In this document: positions 49,301-58,209 of the stretch, piece after piece
Layout: every line of letters begins with the position of its first letter
Numbering within the stretch: position 1 is the first letter of the stretch
Assembly: GCA_016182085.1 (NCBI GenBank)
Contig: JACOYB010000004.1
Span: 211,923-275,922 of the forward strand
DNA from: Candidatus Magasanikiibacteriota bacterium
Lineage (GTDB): Bacteria > Patescibacteriota > Patescibacteriia > Magasanikbacterales > GWA2-37-8
Direction of reading: 5' to 3'
DNA: 64,000 bases
Position numbers and translations under genes: made by a program
The notes under the pieces: model-generated
Databases searched by the model: none
Seen by the model: only the letters and a program-made list of their open reading frames with translations
Told to the model about the DNA's origin: nothing

Positions 49301-50960
49301 TAAATATCAAGGAGCTTTATGGAATGTGCTTGAAGAACCGGATGGCCAACCTATCCAAGGAGCTCAACGATTATTTGGTGAAGCCATCAGTTTATCACCC
49401 GGACAGTATGTTTGGTCTGATGGGCGTGATAGGAACGCATGGTATATGCGTCATGATGATGGTCAAGGTGACGGGAACGACGACTATCAATTTATTGGCC
49501 CAAGTTCTGAGGTAATGGGGCAGTATGCTGATCTGCTAAGATCGGATTGTGCCGGTCCGATAGATGTACCGCAAAATTGTTGGACAAACAATACCGGTCC
49601 TAATTGCAGGGATCGTTATCAACGTGATTGTATAGTCGGTGGTGCCGACAATAGTGACGACGGCTGTTCTGTAAAAGTCGTATTTGATCCGAATGGTCGT
49701 TTAAATAGAATAAATTTAGTTTGTTTAACCGGTGATTCCCGACATGAAGAAGGTAGAAACTTCAACTTCTATGTTGGTTTGCGCGAACCTTGCGCCAACA
49801 TTGCTCAAACCGAAACAAATTCGTATACATCCGTTGGTTGGACAGACAGGTTGTGGCGTCAAAGTACATTTGCAATCCCAACATTAAATTATCGTAATTC
49901 ACTTATCAGTTCTCCGTATGGTAGTTTGGCTATGCCAAGTTCACTTGTGTCGGATAAACTGATTAATATATTTACCCACTATAATGCTGACACATTTGAT
50001 CCGCCGCCAGCCATAGCCGGCGCTCCATATTCTTGCGCAGGCACTTGTTTGCAAACTAACCCAACCGCGCAGGAAGGTTTGTCTGGCACGGCCAGCCAAA
50101 GAACCTCGGCGCAAGGACGGGATAGCCTGGCACAAATTTTTGCCAAAATTGATAATGTTTGGAATTGGGGCTTTAGTACTGCCAATTCAGCCTGGTCGTA
50201 TCAAGCAAATACAAGTCTTCCATATAACTTTACTGAAACTTTAACTTCAGCCGTAAATACGCCGCAAGTGCATACCTTGGGAGCCTGCAGACCCGGAGGA
50301 AAATGTTTGGAAGGTAATGTTGCCGGTATAAGTATAAACGATAGAGCCAGCGGTGATCTTGTGTTTAATAGCAATGTTGGTGTTGTTAATGCCAAATTCT
50401 TTGGCTTCGCCAACAAAGATCAAATGCCAATCAGAAAAATTAAATTGGATTGGGGAGACGGCAATGTTGTTTCTCTAGACGGTTATTTCCGTAATCAGCG
50501 CGGTACGGTAAATGGAACTTGTGGAACAGGAGGCAAATGTTTGGTCGGTTCTACCGATACCGGTAAATCATGTACATCAAATAGTGATTGTACAAACATA
50601 GATAATTGTTTTGCCGAAAGCCAAGCGCCAAACTTTGGACAAATAGTCGGCAAGACTTGCGACTCTGCCTATTTCCGATTTGATCATGTCTATCAGTGTT
50701 CTCGCGAAAGCAGTAATTGGACAAATAGTTGTCCAAACGCGCAAGCCCAGAGTTTGTATGGCGGTTGTTGTGTCTTCCAGCCAAAAGTTCAGCTCAAGGA
50801 TAATTGGGGATGGTGCAATGGGGTTTGTGGGGATGCGGGAAGTCCAGGTGGAACAGGTTGTTACGATGCAAATGTAGGCACAGGAATAAAGGAATGTGAA
50901 ACTTTGCCATCTGCATATACACCTTCTTCTGCCAGAGTAATTGTTGCACCTGCTGATTAA
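43356..50960 (+). CDS. Giant (about 2530 aa) secreted Cys-rich protein with CBM-like domain
   Basis: Signal peptide ending PAQA; very many Cys; C..DSDC..G..C repeats; CBM4/9-like segment (LTPGESYDLTFWAKG...FLDNVHL). Confidence 0.85.
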   Translation: MTKFQKFGIKFLLAVFTFITIGGSLFYARPAQAFPVEITWDPGYVWSVYKSFIKDAAVSISIQTFSYFLRRVAYDSAVWLASGGKGQASFAYGKNFGDYLKDVGDSAAGVAIEALGEDFGFNLCKIPDPKIDLAMRIGLTHKFMDLKPDLNTGPGVREPTCTWSTFQNDVLSVDNWQSQFGSSDSIARKFNVAFSVEQTDIGILRGATDKINQYVAKKIEAETLQRQEGDGYLPKTTLISGDILTPGKNISEEAQAQNPNKQTESAQAGFLSTLGTGAVGTIASAGSIFFNTLASQMLKNWQNKGMLPFGIGCVAGVGTECKDLQDTLSDLQGQVSRGGRQAAQALFNDLLTPPNIAVDQYNVLVNFTNCPTSPGPDNCVADAGLAQAAQEANSGRTVTIAEALEKNWLHSEWRLVSPDRVADNVDPSCHQRAYCYANIAKLRKARILPLGFEIAALNSNPDQPWTLKQVVDGFNDCNFIRDVNGNVVGVENDPVNKPFCRLIDPNWVLKAPPSKCNFLAYGTSPYFSGTPNRIQECVNMSTCVAYDKDGNCATQGYCTREKNVWKIDAAKCDSQNRTCRTFQDSTGKTVSYLYRTLDTGFCNQDTVGCAEYSLKQNTAGNWIGYAENDLGSLGENSSVYFNNKVSTNCSSNSDGCSSFQVANSSEKLYLKKAPYYSQCYDTDQTTAVIDWPRTASDLNRLPNKPACNNYSQACIESEVNCNWYAPSSYTGDAIPGKFTPASVNEGQIVWNDQCDARCVGYAAYREMPSNYSNGQPVSYVIPSSGNSCSAADEGCASFTNLGTTEGGLEKVEHYSYLRPCILPDTTKQKTFYTYEGSAVGGFQLKSFILEKDTDGSPKYFYRTADDLATYAATCSQNLYQQGLASPDCRQFNDDQGAVYYKLLSKTIAVASNCTPFRLNDTELHDVALNEVNCLAQRGKWDAAAGSCQVCFQNGEYRDGECFYYGLPGNTPNTAGTSKPCAAAANTCRAYKGNTGNNVRNIFTNNFEQSVASDALAGWGPSSDIAQSLESTRSGEHSLSYNGTGAVYKDIVLTPGESYDLTFWAKGAVGETVTVTLENNQVSNLGTISVGDAWQNYHLGPVELTGNVSSTKLQFAVNGRLFLDNVHLKEVTDFIYLVKNSLSVDPVCDSNLNDNLPGEALGCSQYQTPDNRPIYLTGFTSLCREKAIGCTAVYDTRNTPDEVGPRAYNVWLSGPEGQSTSRNIVGTEYRCQVALGQKGCYVHVTGANLSSIVAGGGAIVTSTIYVQPDSPTTTPLYLVASREATCSPVDLGCTKAGKLVQTPTGPTYTEVTVKKDPSSFNTTLCQQEAVGCNAYSSSDGALYFKDPQYLGQKVCAYRDNVTKNGVRYNGWFWKGVGKCGAGNASDPFCTKDSDCASGVTCNQKDEQPCYPNYLQSGNNYGLWSYGVSSSYNNFVGECPATQNGCTEFIDRNENNKTYYLINDDRLKTQQTECNGQISEKNGCILLDRTDSPNKLWNTAASYAVSAGQNNNLVAPVAGTGTVTNDANVILKVSRDRECGEWLQCRSSHRVFDTQSGSYKEVCDAIGRCNKSSDSYSNADFINCSNWLDNNHELSNQILTDDAYRNRNTTWKGQDFSGYSILNTFPIEELSEVNVGNATAADWRLAKTLACGGGPNCRSATDPNSPSCGLTSVGLPCGRNNAGVCLGSVNPVCVQDLDSPVVGVPRQSIAPSCRAYPEETSPFPNSQAISDSLAFNSVNTCNETSGFSTDPGKYNSCECNYTKVTYGDAVTKYWNFKNPNNEGILDTNNQNIQGVVSGICVGGDSADRACDSDSDCTGGSCQKLKKQSRLIGWQGYCIEYDYSRPLNAEQNSFACLTWFPKDNITGAFDINNQHVEAGFQATETNGKYYCLEAKGYQETNSNPAVNGSGALTYNRFLGGGNISKPGSSDDPADPDRAKRVVVADPAKPIYRDEIDYILVSPVGGGGSWFPNTSQSFYIRNGLITKYQGALWNVLEEPDGQPIQGAQRLFGEAISLSPGQYVWSDGRDRNAWYMRHDDGQGDGNDDYQFIGPSSEVMGQYADLLRSDCAGPIDVPQNCWTNNTGPNCRDRYQRDCIVGGADNSDDGCSVKVVFDPNGRLNRINLVCLTGDSRHEEGRNFNFYVGLREPCANIAQTETNSYTSVGWTDRLWRQSTFAIPTLNYRNSLISSPYGSLAMPSSLVSDKLINIFTHYNADTFDPPPAIAGAPYSCAGTCLQTNPTAQEGLSGTASQRTSAQGRDSLAQIFAKIDNVWNWGFSTANSAWSYQANTSLPYNFTETLTSAVNTPQVHTLGACRPGGKCLEGNVAGISINDRASGDLVFNSNVGVVNAKFFGFANKDQMPIRKIKLDWGDGNVVSLDGYFRNQRGTVNGTCGTGGKCLVGSTDTGKSCTSNSDCTNIDNCFAESQAPNFGQIVGKTCDSAYFRFDHVYQCSRESSNWTNSCPNAQAQSLYGGCCVFQPKVQLKDNWGWCNGVCGDAGSPGGTGCYDANVGTGIKECETLPSAYTPSSARVIVAPAD

Positions 50961-50981
50961 TCAACTCATTTTAAATAGCGG

Positions 50982-51019
50982 AAATAAAAAATCACTGACT
51001 AGTTCAGTGATTTTTTATT
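50982..51019. terminator. Bidirectional terminator-like hairpin
   Basis: AATAAAAAATCACTGA-loop-TCAGTGATTTTTTATT. Confidence 0.75.
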
Positions 51020-51101
51020 CTACTTAAAAGACGAAATTTTTCTTCTGTTAAGCTGATGGTTGACCGCCTGCGCTTGCCGTTGGCGAGCGAGAGGCGGTCA
51101 A

Positions 51102-51551
51102 CTAGTTTGATGGTGGTGAGAAGTTGCCGCGCAACTGCTCCGTATTGAGCCTGATGTGGACGATAGTGCCGTTGGTCAAGTCGATGTTCAGCGTGCCCTG
51201 GCCTTCCTGCAGAGGAAGATTGAACACGAAGCCGCCGTCTGAACCGTTCAGCAGGTTGCAGTCGAGCTGGCAGCTATCCGTCTGGTTGGGCGGCATGTCG
51301 GCCACTCGGCAGTCGAACTGAACCGGTGCGCTGACCGAGATCGTAATGCCAGACAGCTGGATGGCCTGCGCGCAGATCTCGGTTGGCATCGAGCCATCGG
51401 TCTGCACCATGTTGCCGGCGTCCACCATGACATCGTCGTCGCCATCGTCGGGCGGGCTGCCGCAGGCCGTGGCGCCGATGCCGACTGCCAGGAACAGAAT
51501 CGACGTGATGACGTTGAACCAGAACAGGGTCAGTTTGCTTTCCGGGTGCAT
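51102..51551 (-). CDS. GC-rich orphan putative lipoprotein
   Basis: TM then GATAC lipobox-like, acidic linker, Cys residues; GAGGAG RBS. Confidence 0.65.
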   Translation of the reverse strand: MHPESKLTLFWFNVITSILFLAVGIGATACGSPPDDGDDDVMVDAGNMVQTDGSMPTEICAQAIQLSGITISVSAPVQFDCRVADMPPNQTDSCQLDCNLLNGSDGGFVFNLPLQEGQGTLNIDLTNGTIVHIRLNTEQLRGNFSPPSN

Positions 51552-51786
51552 GATACGCTCCTCTGTCGCTTATAGGCGACTCAGTGAGAATTGTGTCGCC
51601 TTAAGCGACGTTGGTAAAGCGGTGAGTTACCTAGGTCATTAACTGCCTCGTTTTTACGGAGCAATTAGCGACCTCGGTAATTTCGCTTTACTTACTATTT
51701 TCCACCATCAATTTATTGGCTAAATTTGGAGTTTCCTCTAAACTTAGCACTTTTGTAAAGAGCGGGTTATCTTGCGATAACGACAA

Positions 51787-51815
51787 ATTATAGCATATTT
51801 TGGGGATTTTGTCAA
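51787..51815 (-). promoter_or_regulatory. Sigma70 promoter for the orphan gene
   Basis: TTGACA-17-TATAAT with TG extension on the minus strand. Confidence 0.65.
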
Positions 51816-52125
51816 CCCCGCTTAGCGGGGTCAACCCTATATATACTATATGGCACATTACCATTCTTCGTTAGATAATACCAATTTTTATCAAACAAAG
51901 AATAGGCACTTGCTATGTATGCGCCTACCGGAAAAATCATTCGTTTCTTATTTCTTAAATCATTATACACCCGATTGCCGCTATTGTTACATAGGGACTT
52001 ATGCACAGGTCTTCAGGGTTCGAAAAAGTAAATTATTTTTATCCACAAGTGATTTTTTTGACCATGTTTTTAATTGTTGACTGAGCCAAAATATGATACA
52101 ATTACTTTACCATAATTGATACAGA

Positions 52126-55100
52126 ATGCTTGCGAGACTTAAAAATAGTTTACTTTTAATTTTCAGTAGAAGCTGGAATTTTTTGCGTCCTCGTCAGAAG
52201 CTTGGGTTAGTCAGTTTTGTAATTATTTCAAGTTTAATTATAGCTGTTTGGTTTATATTTACTCCCGTATCTTACGCGCAGAGTTTGGCTGGGGCGGGTG
52301 AGTGGCTTCTGGAATTATTTTCTGATCTTCTTTTTGCGCTTGCCGGTCTTTTTATTAAGCTAACTTTTTTCTCTCTAAAATTTATTATAGAAGTAGCCGG
52401 CTACAATGGCTTTATAGATTCTCCGGCGGTTATTGTTGGCTGGGTAATGGTGCGCGACATTACCAATATGTTTTTTGTGGTGGTTTTGCTCATTATATCA
52501 TTCGGCACGATTTTGGGCTTAGAACAATATGAATATAAAAAATTATTGGTCAAGCTTCTCATGGCTGCAGTTATCGTAAATTTTAGCCGCCTTATCTGCG
52601 GACTAATTATAGATATTGCCCAAGTGGTGATGGTAACATTTGTAAACGGGATTGCCGCCACGGCCAGCGGCAATTTGGTAAACATGTTTCAGGTGGATCA
52701 GATATTTAAATTGGCAGAAGGGCAAACAACCAAGGTTGGTTCTACCTTTGAAATTTTTTTGGCAGCTGTAGCCGCGATTGTGTTTGCTACCATGATGCTT
52801 GTTACCATGCTAACTTTTTTGGTTTTACTCTTGGCGCGCATGGCCATGCTTTGGGTGCTCATCGTTTTATCTCCGTTTGCCTTTGTGTTAAATGTTTTGC
52901 CGCAGACAGAAAAATACGCCAGTCAGTGGTGGGAGCAGTTTGGAGGTCATGTCGTAGCTGGCCCCATTATCGCTTTTTTTCTTTGGTTGTCATTTGTAAC
53001 CGTCGGCGCGGGCACGGCTTTTGATGAAATTAAAAAACATAATGCTTTGCCGCAAAGTCAAACTGCCGCCTCGCCGGAAGAAGAGCAAACCGGTATTACT
53101 CAAATCATGAGTTGGGCAAAGATGGCCAATTTTGCGATTGCAATTGCGATGCTGCTTGCCGGCGCGAAAATGGCCCAACAGCTTGGTGTGGTTGGCGGAG
53201 GTTTGATGGGCAAGGCCGGAGATTTGGGAAAGAAAGTAGCGATGTATGCCTCCGGTTTACAGGCTGCCAGATGGACTGCGAGTAATGTGTTAAAGCCAGC
53301 AGCTAAGTATGGTTTAATGAAAATGCCGCTTGGCGGTGAATTTTGGCAGAGAAGGGGCAGGTCTATTAAAGCCTGGGCTTCTTATAAGACTACTAAAAAA
53401 GGCTGGCTTGGGCTGCCTTCCACAGAATCTAGACTAATAGCGGCTGGAGAAAGGATAGACAAGGCTTATGGCAAAGAAACTCAAGATATAGGTAAGCAAT
53501 CACAAGAAGTCCAGGATTTAGTAGCTGCTCGCGATGCGGCTTTGCAGAGTGAAGATTATCATAAAGCCGATGAGCTTGGTAAGAAACTCAAAAAGGCAGG
53601 TTTTGATGTTGGTGAAGCAGAAGAAGGGCCAAGAGAAGGGCTGACAGAGTTAAAAAAAGCTTATGGCGGTGGTACAAGAGCGTGGGCCCGTATTGGTTTG
53701 GCCCTGTGGACAACCAGCGAGTTTGATAAAGAATATACCAACGATAAAGAAGCGAGGGCAAAATATGCCAAAGAACAAATGGAGCATATTGTTAGTACCA
53801 GTAAAACTCCTATCGGTAAAGAAAAAACCGAGGCCGAACAAGATCTAGAAAGAGCCAAAGAAACAGGAGGTAGAATTAAAAAAAGAAAATTGGCAGACGT
53901 AGCAGAAAAAAGAAGCAAAATAGATAAAAAAATAGAAGCAGATCTAGCGGCAGGAAAGTCAGTAGAAGACGTAAAAAATAAATATGGTGAAAGGCGGTAT
54001 TGGGATTATACTCGTTTGAAAAACGCGGATAAATCGGCAGTACAGGCAGAGGAAATTACACATGCGATGGCGGAAGATGAAAAGCTTAGAGCGGCTGAAG
54101 CTAGACACGCTGAACGCGGGAGTGTCAAGGGCCATCTAAGAGAAGAAGAGGCGCATACAGCCAAGGCTAAATCAAAGCAGATCGAAGAAGGATTACAAGC
54201 TGAAAAAGAACTGGAAGAATTAAAAGAGATAAAGAAATTATTGGAAGGAAAAGGCGCCTCGCAGCAGGCAGTTATTAATTTTACCAAAGCGCAAACCGCC
54301 AATATAAAAGAAGATTTTGATATTTCTAAAGAAGAGGCGGAAGTAGAACAGCGCGCCGAATCATTTAGACAAATGGGAGATGATTTAAGAGCCAATCAGG
54401 TGCTGGCAGAAATGCAGTCAAAGGCCGCTAAAAGAGAAGGTGACCGCGTGTCGGCAATGAGTTGGGAAGATAAGACCTTTGCCTTGCAAGCCTTGCCGGT
54501 AAAAATACAGCAATTAGAACAAGATATTGCGGCGGCTTATGTTGGGGGAAATGCAGAAGAAGCAACTCGTTTAAAGGAAATAAAAAATAAAACAGTTAAG
54601 CGAACAATGGCTTTGCAGACATCTCTTAAATCAGAAGGTAAAGAAGCGGCAGAATTGGCTGATAGTGGAGCGTTAAAAGCAATCGGTTGGAACGAAGTTA
54701 TTGATGATGCTAATCGTATTAGAGCGGAGCTAAGTAAAATTTTAGGCAAAGTAGTAGCAGTCGGAGACGAGGCAGCGGCAGCTGAGGATGTCTATAGAGC
54801 ATTTGGCGGTATAGAAAAAGCTCAAGGGGCTATGACATTGTATAGTAATGCCAATAAAACAGCGGGCTTAAAGGGCGCTGGCTCACTCTTTGGTTTGGTT
54901 GGGGATAGAAGAAATGCCTCGGGACAACTAGAAAGATTTTTTGGACAATATGATCAAGCCACAAATACTGTTAATGCTGGACGGGTAAAAGTTGGAGATG
55001 GTTTTTATCCTACAAAAATAGCAGAGGTAGATCATAGAAAATGGATAACTGCTAATGGATATGGAAAAATAAATGTAGACAATAAAATTGTAGGGTTTGA

Positions 55101-55359
55101 TAGTCAGAGAGCGGAACAGTTGGCGGAAGTTTTTAATGGTAAAAATGACTTATTTATATCACAGATGCAGAATGGGTTTTTTGATTCTTTAAATTCAGCT
55201 ATTATTGACAGAAATAATCCGGCAAATGTTGCTGAATATACAAATTTATTAAATAAGATTAAGGCAGTATTAAAAGACCCTCAGGCTCAGGCTAGGTTTT
55301 TACAGAGGTCTGAAGGGCTGTTAACAAATCTGGGATTACCAGCAGGACAATGGCCTTAA
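52126..55359 (+). CDS. Extended VirB6/TrbL-like membrane protein with long coiled-coil C-terminus
   Basis: GWVMVRDITNMFF, LARMAMLWVLIVLSPFAF..WW motifs; charged C-terminal region of about 700 aa. Confidence 0.7.
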   Translation: MLARLKNSLLLIFSRSWNFLRPRQKLGLVSFVIISSLIIAVWFIFTPVSYAQSLAGAGEWLLELFSDLLFALAGLFIKLTFFSLKFIIEVAGYNGFIDSPAVIVGWVMVRDITNMFFVVVLLIISFGTILGLEQYEYKKLLVKLLMAAVIVNFSRLICGLIIDIAQVVMVTFVNGIAATASGNLVNMFQVDQIFKLAEGQTTKVGSTFEIFLAAVAAIVFATMMLVTMLTFLVLLLARMAMLWVLIVLSPFAFVLNVLPQTEKYASQWWEQFGGHVVAGPIIAFFLWLSFVTVGAGTAFDEIKKHNALPQSQTAASPEEEQTGITQIMSWAKMANFAIAIAMLLAGAKMAQQLGVVGGGLMGKAGDLGKKVAMYASGLQAARWTASNVLKPAAKYGLMKMPLGGEFWQRRGRSIKAWASYKTTKKGWLGLPSTESRLIAAGERIDKAYGKETQDIGKQSQEVQDLVAARDAALQSEDYHKADELGKKLKKAGFDVGEAEEGPREGLTELKKAYGGGTRAWARIGLALWTTSEFDKEYTNDKEARAKYAKEQMEHIVSTSKTPIGKEKTEAEQDLERAKETGGRIKKRKLADVAEKRSKIDKKIEADLAAGKSVEDVKNKYGERRYWDYTRLKNADKSAVQAEEITHAMAEDEKLRAAEARHAERGSVKGHLREEEAHTAKAKSKQIEEGLQAEKELEELKEIKKLLEGKGASQQAVINFTKAQTANIKEDFDISKEEAEVEQRAESFRQMGDDLRANQVLAEMQSKAAKREGDRVSAMSWEDKTFALQALPVKIQQLEQDIAAAYVGGNAEEATRLKEIKNKTVKRTMALQTSLKSEGKEAAELADSGALKAIGWNEVIDDANRIRAELSKILGKVVAVGDEAAAAEDVYRAFGGIEKAQGAMTLYSNANKTAGLKGAGSLFGLVGDRRNASGQLERFFGQYDQATNTVNAGRVKVGDGFYPTKIAEVDHRKWITANGYGKINVDNKIVGFDSQRAEQLAEVFNGKNDLFISQMQNGFFDSLNSAIIDRNNPANVAEYTNLLNKIKAVLKDPQAQARFLQRSEGLLTNLGLPAGQWP

Positions 55360-55365
55360 AAAAAT

Positions 55366-56355
55366 ATGTTTTTTGATCAAAAAAATTTAACCGACGAAGA
55401 GATTAAGGTGAAAGAATTGGAATTTCAACGCCTGTCTTCGGATATAGGTGCGGCAACTAAATTGCGGCAAGAATTAAAAAATTATTTTTCCTTTGCATCC
55501 ACAGAAGAAAAAGAGGCTCTTAGGTGGACTTATTGGAGGTGGTACGTAGAGTTAACATGGAAGAATTTTAATTCCCTTTCTAAAGATGGGGTGGTAGACG
55601 CTTTTTCAAAACAGGTGCCAATGGCTATAGTAAATAGCTATAACATTCTTGACAGTCTGATGTGGTATCTAACCTTTCATCTTTACGAAGAGGCAGAAAT
55701 GCAAAGTTTTTATCTTAAAGTTAAACCTGCGTTTATTAATTCAGAAGCAGTTTTGGGAAAATGGCAAGGTAAAAGTATCCTTGTTAAGGAAATTGTATCA
55801 GAATATTATTTACTCCAGCAGCGCCGCGCTTCTTCCATGGAAGAAGCCGAATTTCTTACAAAATTAAAACAAATAATGTTTCCTAAAGAGTTCGAGTCCT
55901 ATATTTTGGTGGACAAGGATGTTGGAGTAGATAATTTTTTAGCGATAGTCGAATTATTCCAGGAGATTGACCAAGAAAAAATTTGGTTTTTGGTAGAAAT
56001 GTTTTCAGATCCAGAAAAATACCAAGAAAATAATTTTAAATCTAAAGAAAAAAAACAAACTGAAGAAAATAACGAAGAAAAAGAAGGTCTAATAAAAGAA
56101 GAAATCACAAATCAGGCAAAAAATGTCCAACCGCTGGTACAATTTCCCGCGAAAGAGGTTTCCAAAATACCGACCCCCCAGCAAATAAAATCCCAGATAG
56201 AACAAGAATTTAAAAAAGACGAAAAGGGCAATTTTGTCGATATCGACGGCGTCATGCAAAAACTGGCTGAATTATCGGAAAAATATAACGATTCGGCGAT
56301 TGCAGACATGTTGTATTTTGATGAGCAGTCGGGCGGTTTTAAGTGGAATATATAA
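55366..56355 (+). CDS. Hypothetical protein
   Basis: 329-aa ORF in operon. Confidence 0.7.
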   Translation: MFFDQKNLTDEEIKVKELEFQRLSSDIGAATKLRQELKNYFSFASTEEKEALRWTYWRWYVELTWKNFNSLSKDGVVDAFSKQVPMAIVNSYNILDSLMWYLTFHLYEEAEMQSFYLKVKPAFINSEAVLGKWQGKSILVKEIVSEYYLLQQRRASSMEEAEFLTKLKQIMFPKEFESYILVDKDVGVDNFLAIVELFQEIDQEKIWFLVEMFSDPEKYQENNFKSKEKKQTEENNEEKEGLIKEEITNQAKNVQPLVQFPAKEVSKIPTPQQIKSQIEQEFKKDEKGNFVDIDGVMQKLAELSEKYNDSAIADMLYFDEQSGGFKWNI

Positions 56356-56363
56356 AAAATAGT

Positions 56364-57578
56364 ATGGCCGAACCAATGATACAAATTAAAAAACCTGATG
56401 GAACTTTTACAAAAGTTCCGCTTAGTGAATTTAAAAAAATGCAGGCAAAACCTGCGCCAAGCCCTGTGGCTGCGCTTGCTCCTGCTCCGGTAGCAGAAGT
56501 AAAAGAGGTAAAAAAAGAAATGGAAGAAAAAGTTGAGCTGCCGCAAATTAAGCCGGAATCAGAAATTGAAAAACCAAAAGCCGAAACGCCTCATGCTCAT
56601 CGTGCTCATGTTGCTCATACGGTACTCAAACATCCGGTAGAAATTAAAAAACATACACCCGCGCATCACGCAACTCACGCTCATAAAAAATTAACTCGTG
56701 AAGATGCCAAATCTCCGTTGGAGGAAAAGATGCCGGTAAAAACTGATGCGCCTATGGTGAGCGCTAAACGTGAAAATCAAGTGGAAGAAGTAATAAGGAA
56801 AATTGGTTTTGGCGTGGCTCCGGATTTGCAAGGCAGATTGAAAAGTCTGATTCTGGCCAGGTTAAAAGATATAAAAAGCGAAGATGAGATACGAGATATT
56901 CTTTTGCGTCCGGTAAAAAATAGCGGCTTGGGATTATCCGAAGGACAGGTAGAAAAAATTATTAAATTGTGTCGAGAAGTATTGGGAGCTGATGCCGCAA
57001 AAGCTGCAAGTGATAATGCGCAGACGCCAATTTTGAAAGGCAAATCCGGCGGCATGGCGCTTATGGTTGAACCGCCTGAATTACCAATGGTGATACCCGT
57101 AAAAAGCAGCTTTTCTGTGAAAAATTCCACTCCGCCGGCACCGCTCAACAAATTCGCAACCGATACCATTGTTTCAAGGATAATAAAGGAAAACATGGCT
57201 GACGAGCCGATGTTTAAAATTAGCAATAAGCCCGCAGTCAGACAAGTAGTGCAAGATATTTCTGTTCCGGATATGGAAATGGGGCCGGTGGAAGAGTTTA
57301 AATCAATAACTATCACTGAATTTAGAAGATTATCCAGCAATCCGGAAGAAGCGGCCAAACGACTGTATCAAAAAATGTCCAATTTGCAAGAAGAATCATT
57401 CGTGTGGTATTTGGATGCGGTCGCGGCATATCATAACTCGCCGCTATATTTGGAATATATGTCGGCGGTAAGCCAGTCGCTGGCGGAAAGAAAATCACTG
57501 GCGAATGTACTTGCGGCAAAAAATGGTATAAAATTAAATGAGGTGATGGCAATTATTGAAATGGAAAAAACATTATAG
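56364..57578 (+). CDS. Hypothetical protein, Pro/His-rich linker
   Basis: About 400-aa ORF immediately upstream of the prgI-like gene. Confidence 0.7.
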   Translation: MAEPMIQIKKPDGTFTKVPLSEFKKMQAKPAPSPVAALAPAPVAEVKEVKKEMEEKVELPQIKPESEIEKPKAETPHAHRAHVAHTVLKHPVEIKKHTPAHHATHAHKKLTREDAKSPLEEKMPVKTDAPMVSAKRENQVEEVIRKIGFGVAPDLQGRLKSLILARLKDIKSEDEIRDILLRPVKNSGLGLSEGQVEKIIKLCREVLGADAAKAASDNAQTPILKGKSGGMALMVEPPELPMVIPVKSSFSVKNSTPPAPLNKFATDTIVSRIIKENMADEPMFKISNKPAVRQVVQDISVPDMEMGPVEEFKSITITEFRRLSSNPEEAAKRLYQKMSNLQEESFVWYLDAVAAYHNSPLYLEYMSAVSQSLAERKSLANVLAAKNGIKLNEVMAIIEMEKTL

Positions 57579-57600
57579 CTGTCATCCTGACAATAAACGT

Positions 57601-58035
57601 ATGGATCAATTCGTAGTGCCACAATTTATAGAAGTAGAAGATAAGATTTTTGGCCCAATTACGACCAGGCAGTTTATTATTTTGCTTGTCACGGCCTTGA
57701 TTTTATTTATCACTTTCAAATTGGCGGATACGGTCCTATTTATTTTTTTGGCTGCAGTTATTGGCGGATCCTCACTGGTTATCGCGTTTGTAAAAATAAA
57801 CGGCCAGCCGTTTCATTATTTTTTACTAAATCTAGTTCAAACCGTTCGCCGCCCCAGTCGTAGGATTTGGTACAAAGATTTTACCAAGGCCGAACTGACG
57901 GAATCAATTAAATCGGGGAAAATAGAGGTTGTAGAAGCTGTAAAAGAAGTGCCAAAAATGTCATATAGCCGTATTCGCGATCTGTCATTAATTGTTAATA
58001 CGGGTGGGTACTATAGTGGAAGCGAGCGAGAATAA
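57601..58035 (+). CDS. PrgI-family (VirB3-like) protein
   Basis: QFVVPQFIEVEDKIFGPITTRQF, two TMs, KINGQPF. Confidence 0.85.
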   Translation: MDQFVVPQFIEVEDKIFGPITTRQFIILLVTALILFITFKLADTVLFIFLAAVIGGSSLVIAFVKINGQPFHYFLLNLVQTVRRPSRRIWYKDFTKAELTESIKSGKIEVVEAVKEVPKMSYSRIRDLSLIVNTGGYYSGSERE

Positions 58036-58112
58036 TACATTATGTATAATGTATTATCGAGCGAACGACACTATATGCGGCCTTTAGGCCCATATAAGCC
58101 GGAGTAGCACAC

Positions 58113-58187
58113 TGTCATTCCCGCCCGGGAGCGGGAATCCAGGCAATTCGACCGGATACTAGATTCCCGCTTGCGGCGGGAATGACA
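58113..58187. repeat. Intergenic TGTCATTCCCG...CGGGAATGACA element
   Basis: Near-identical to in-frame copy 33493-33566. Confidence 0.9.
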
Positions 58188-58209
58188 ACAAAAACGTAAA
58201 ATAAAAAGT

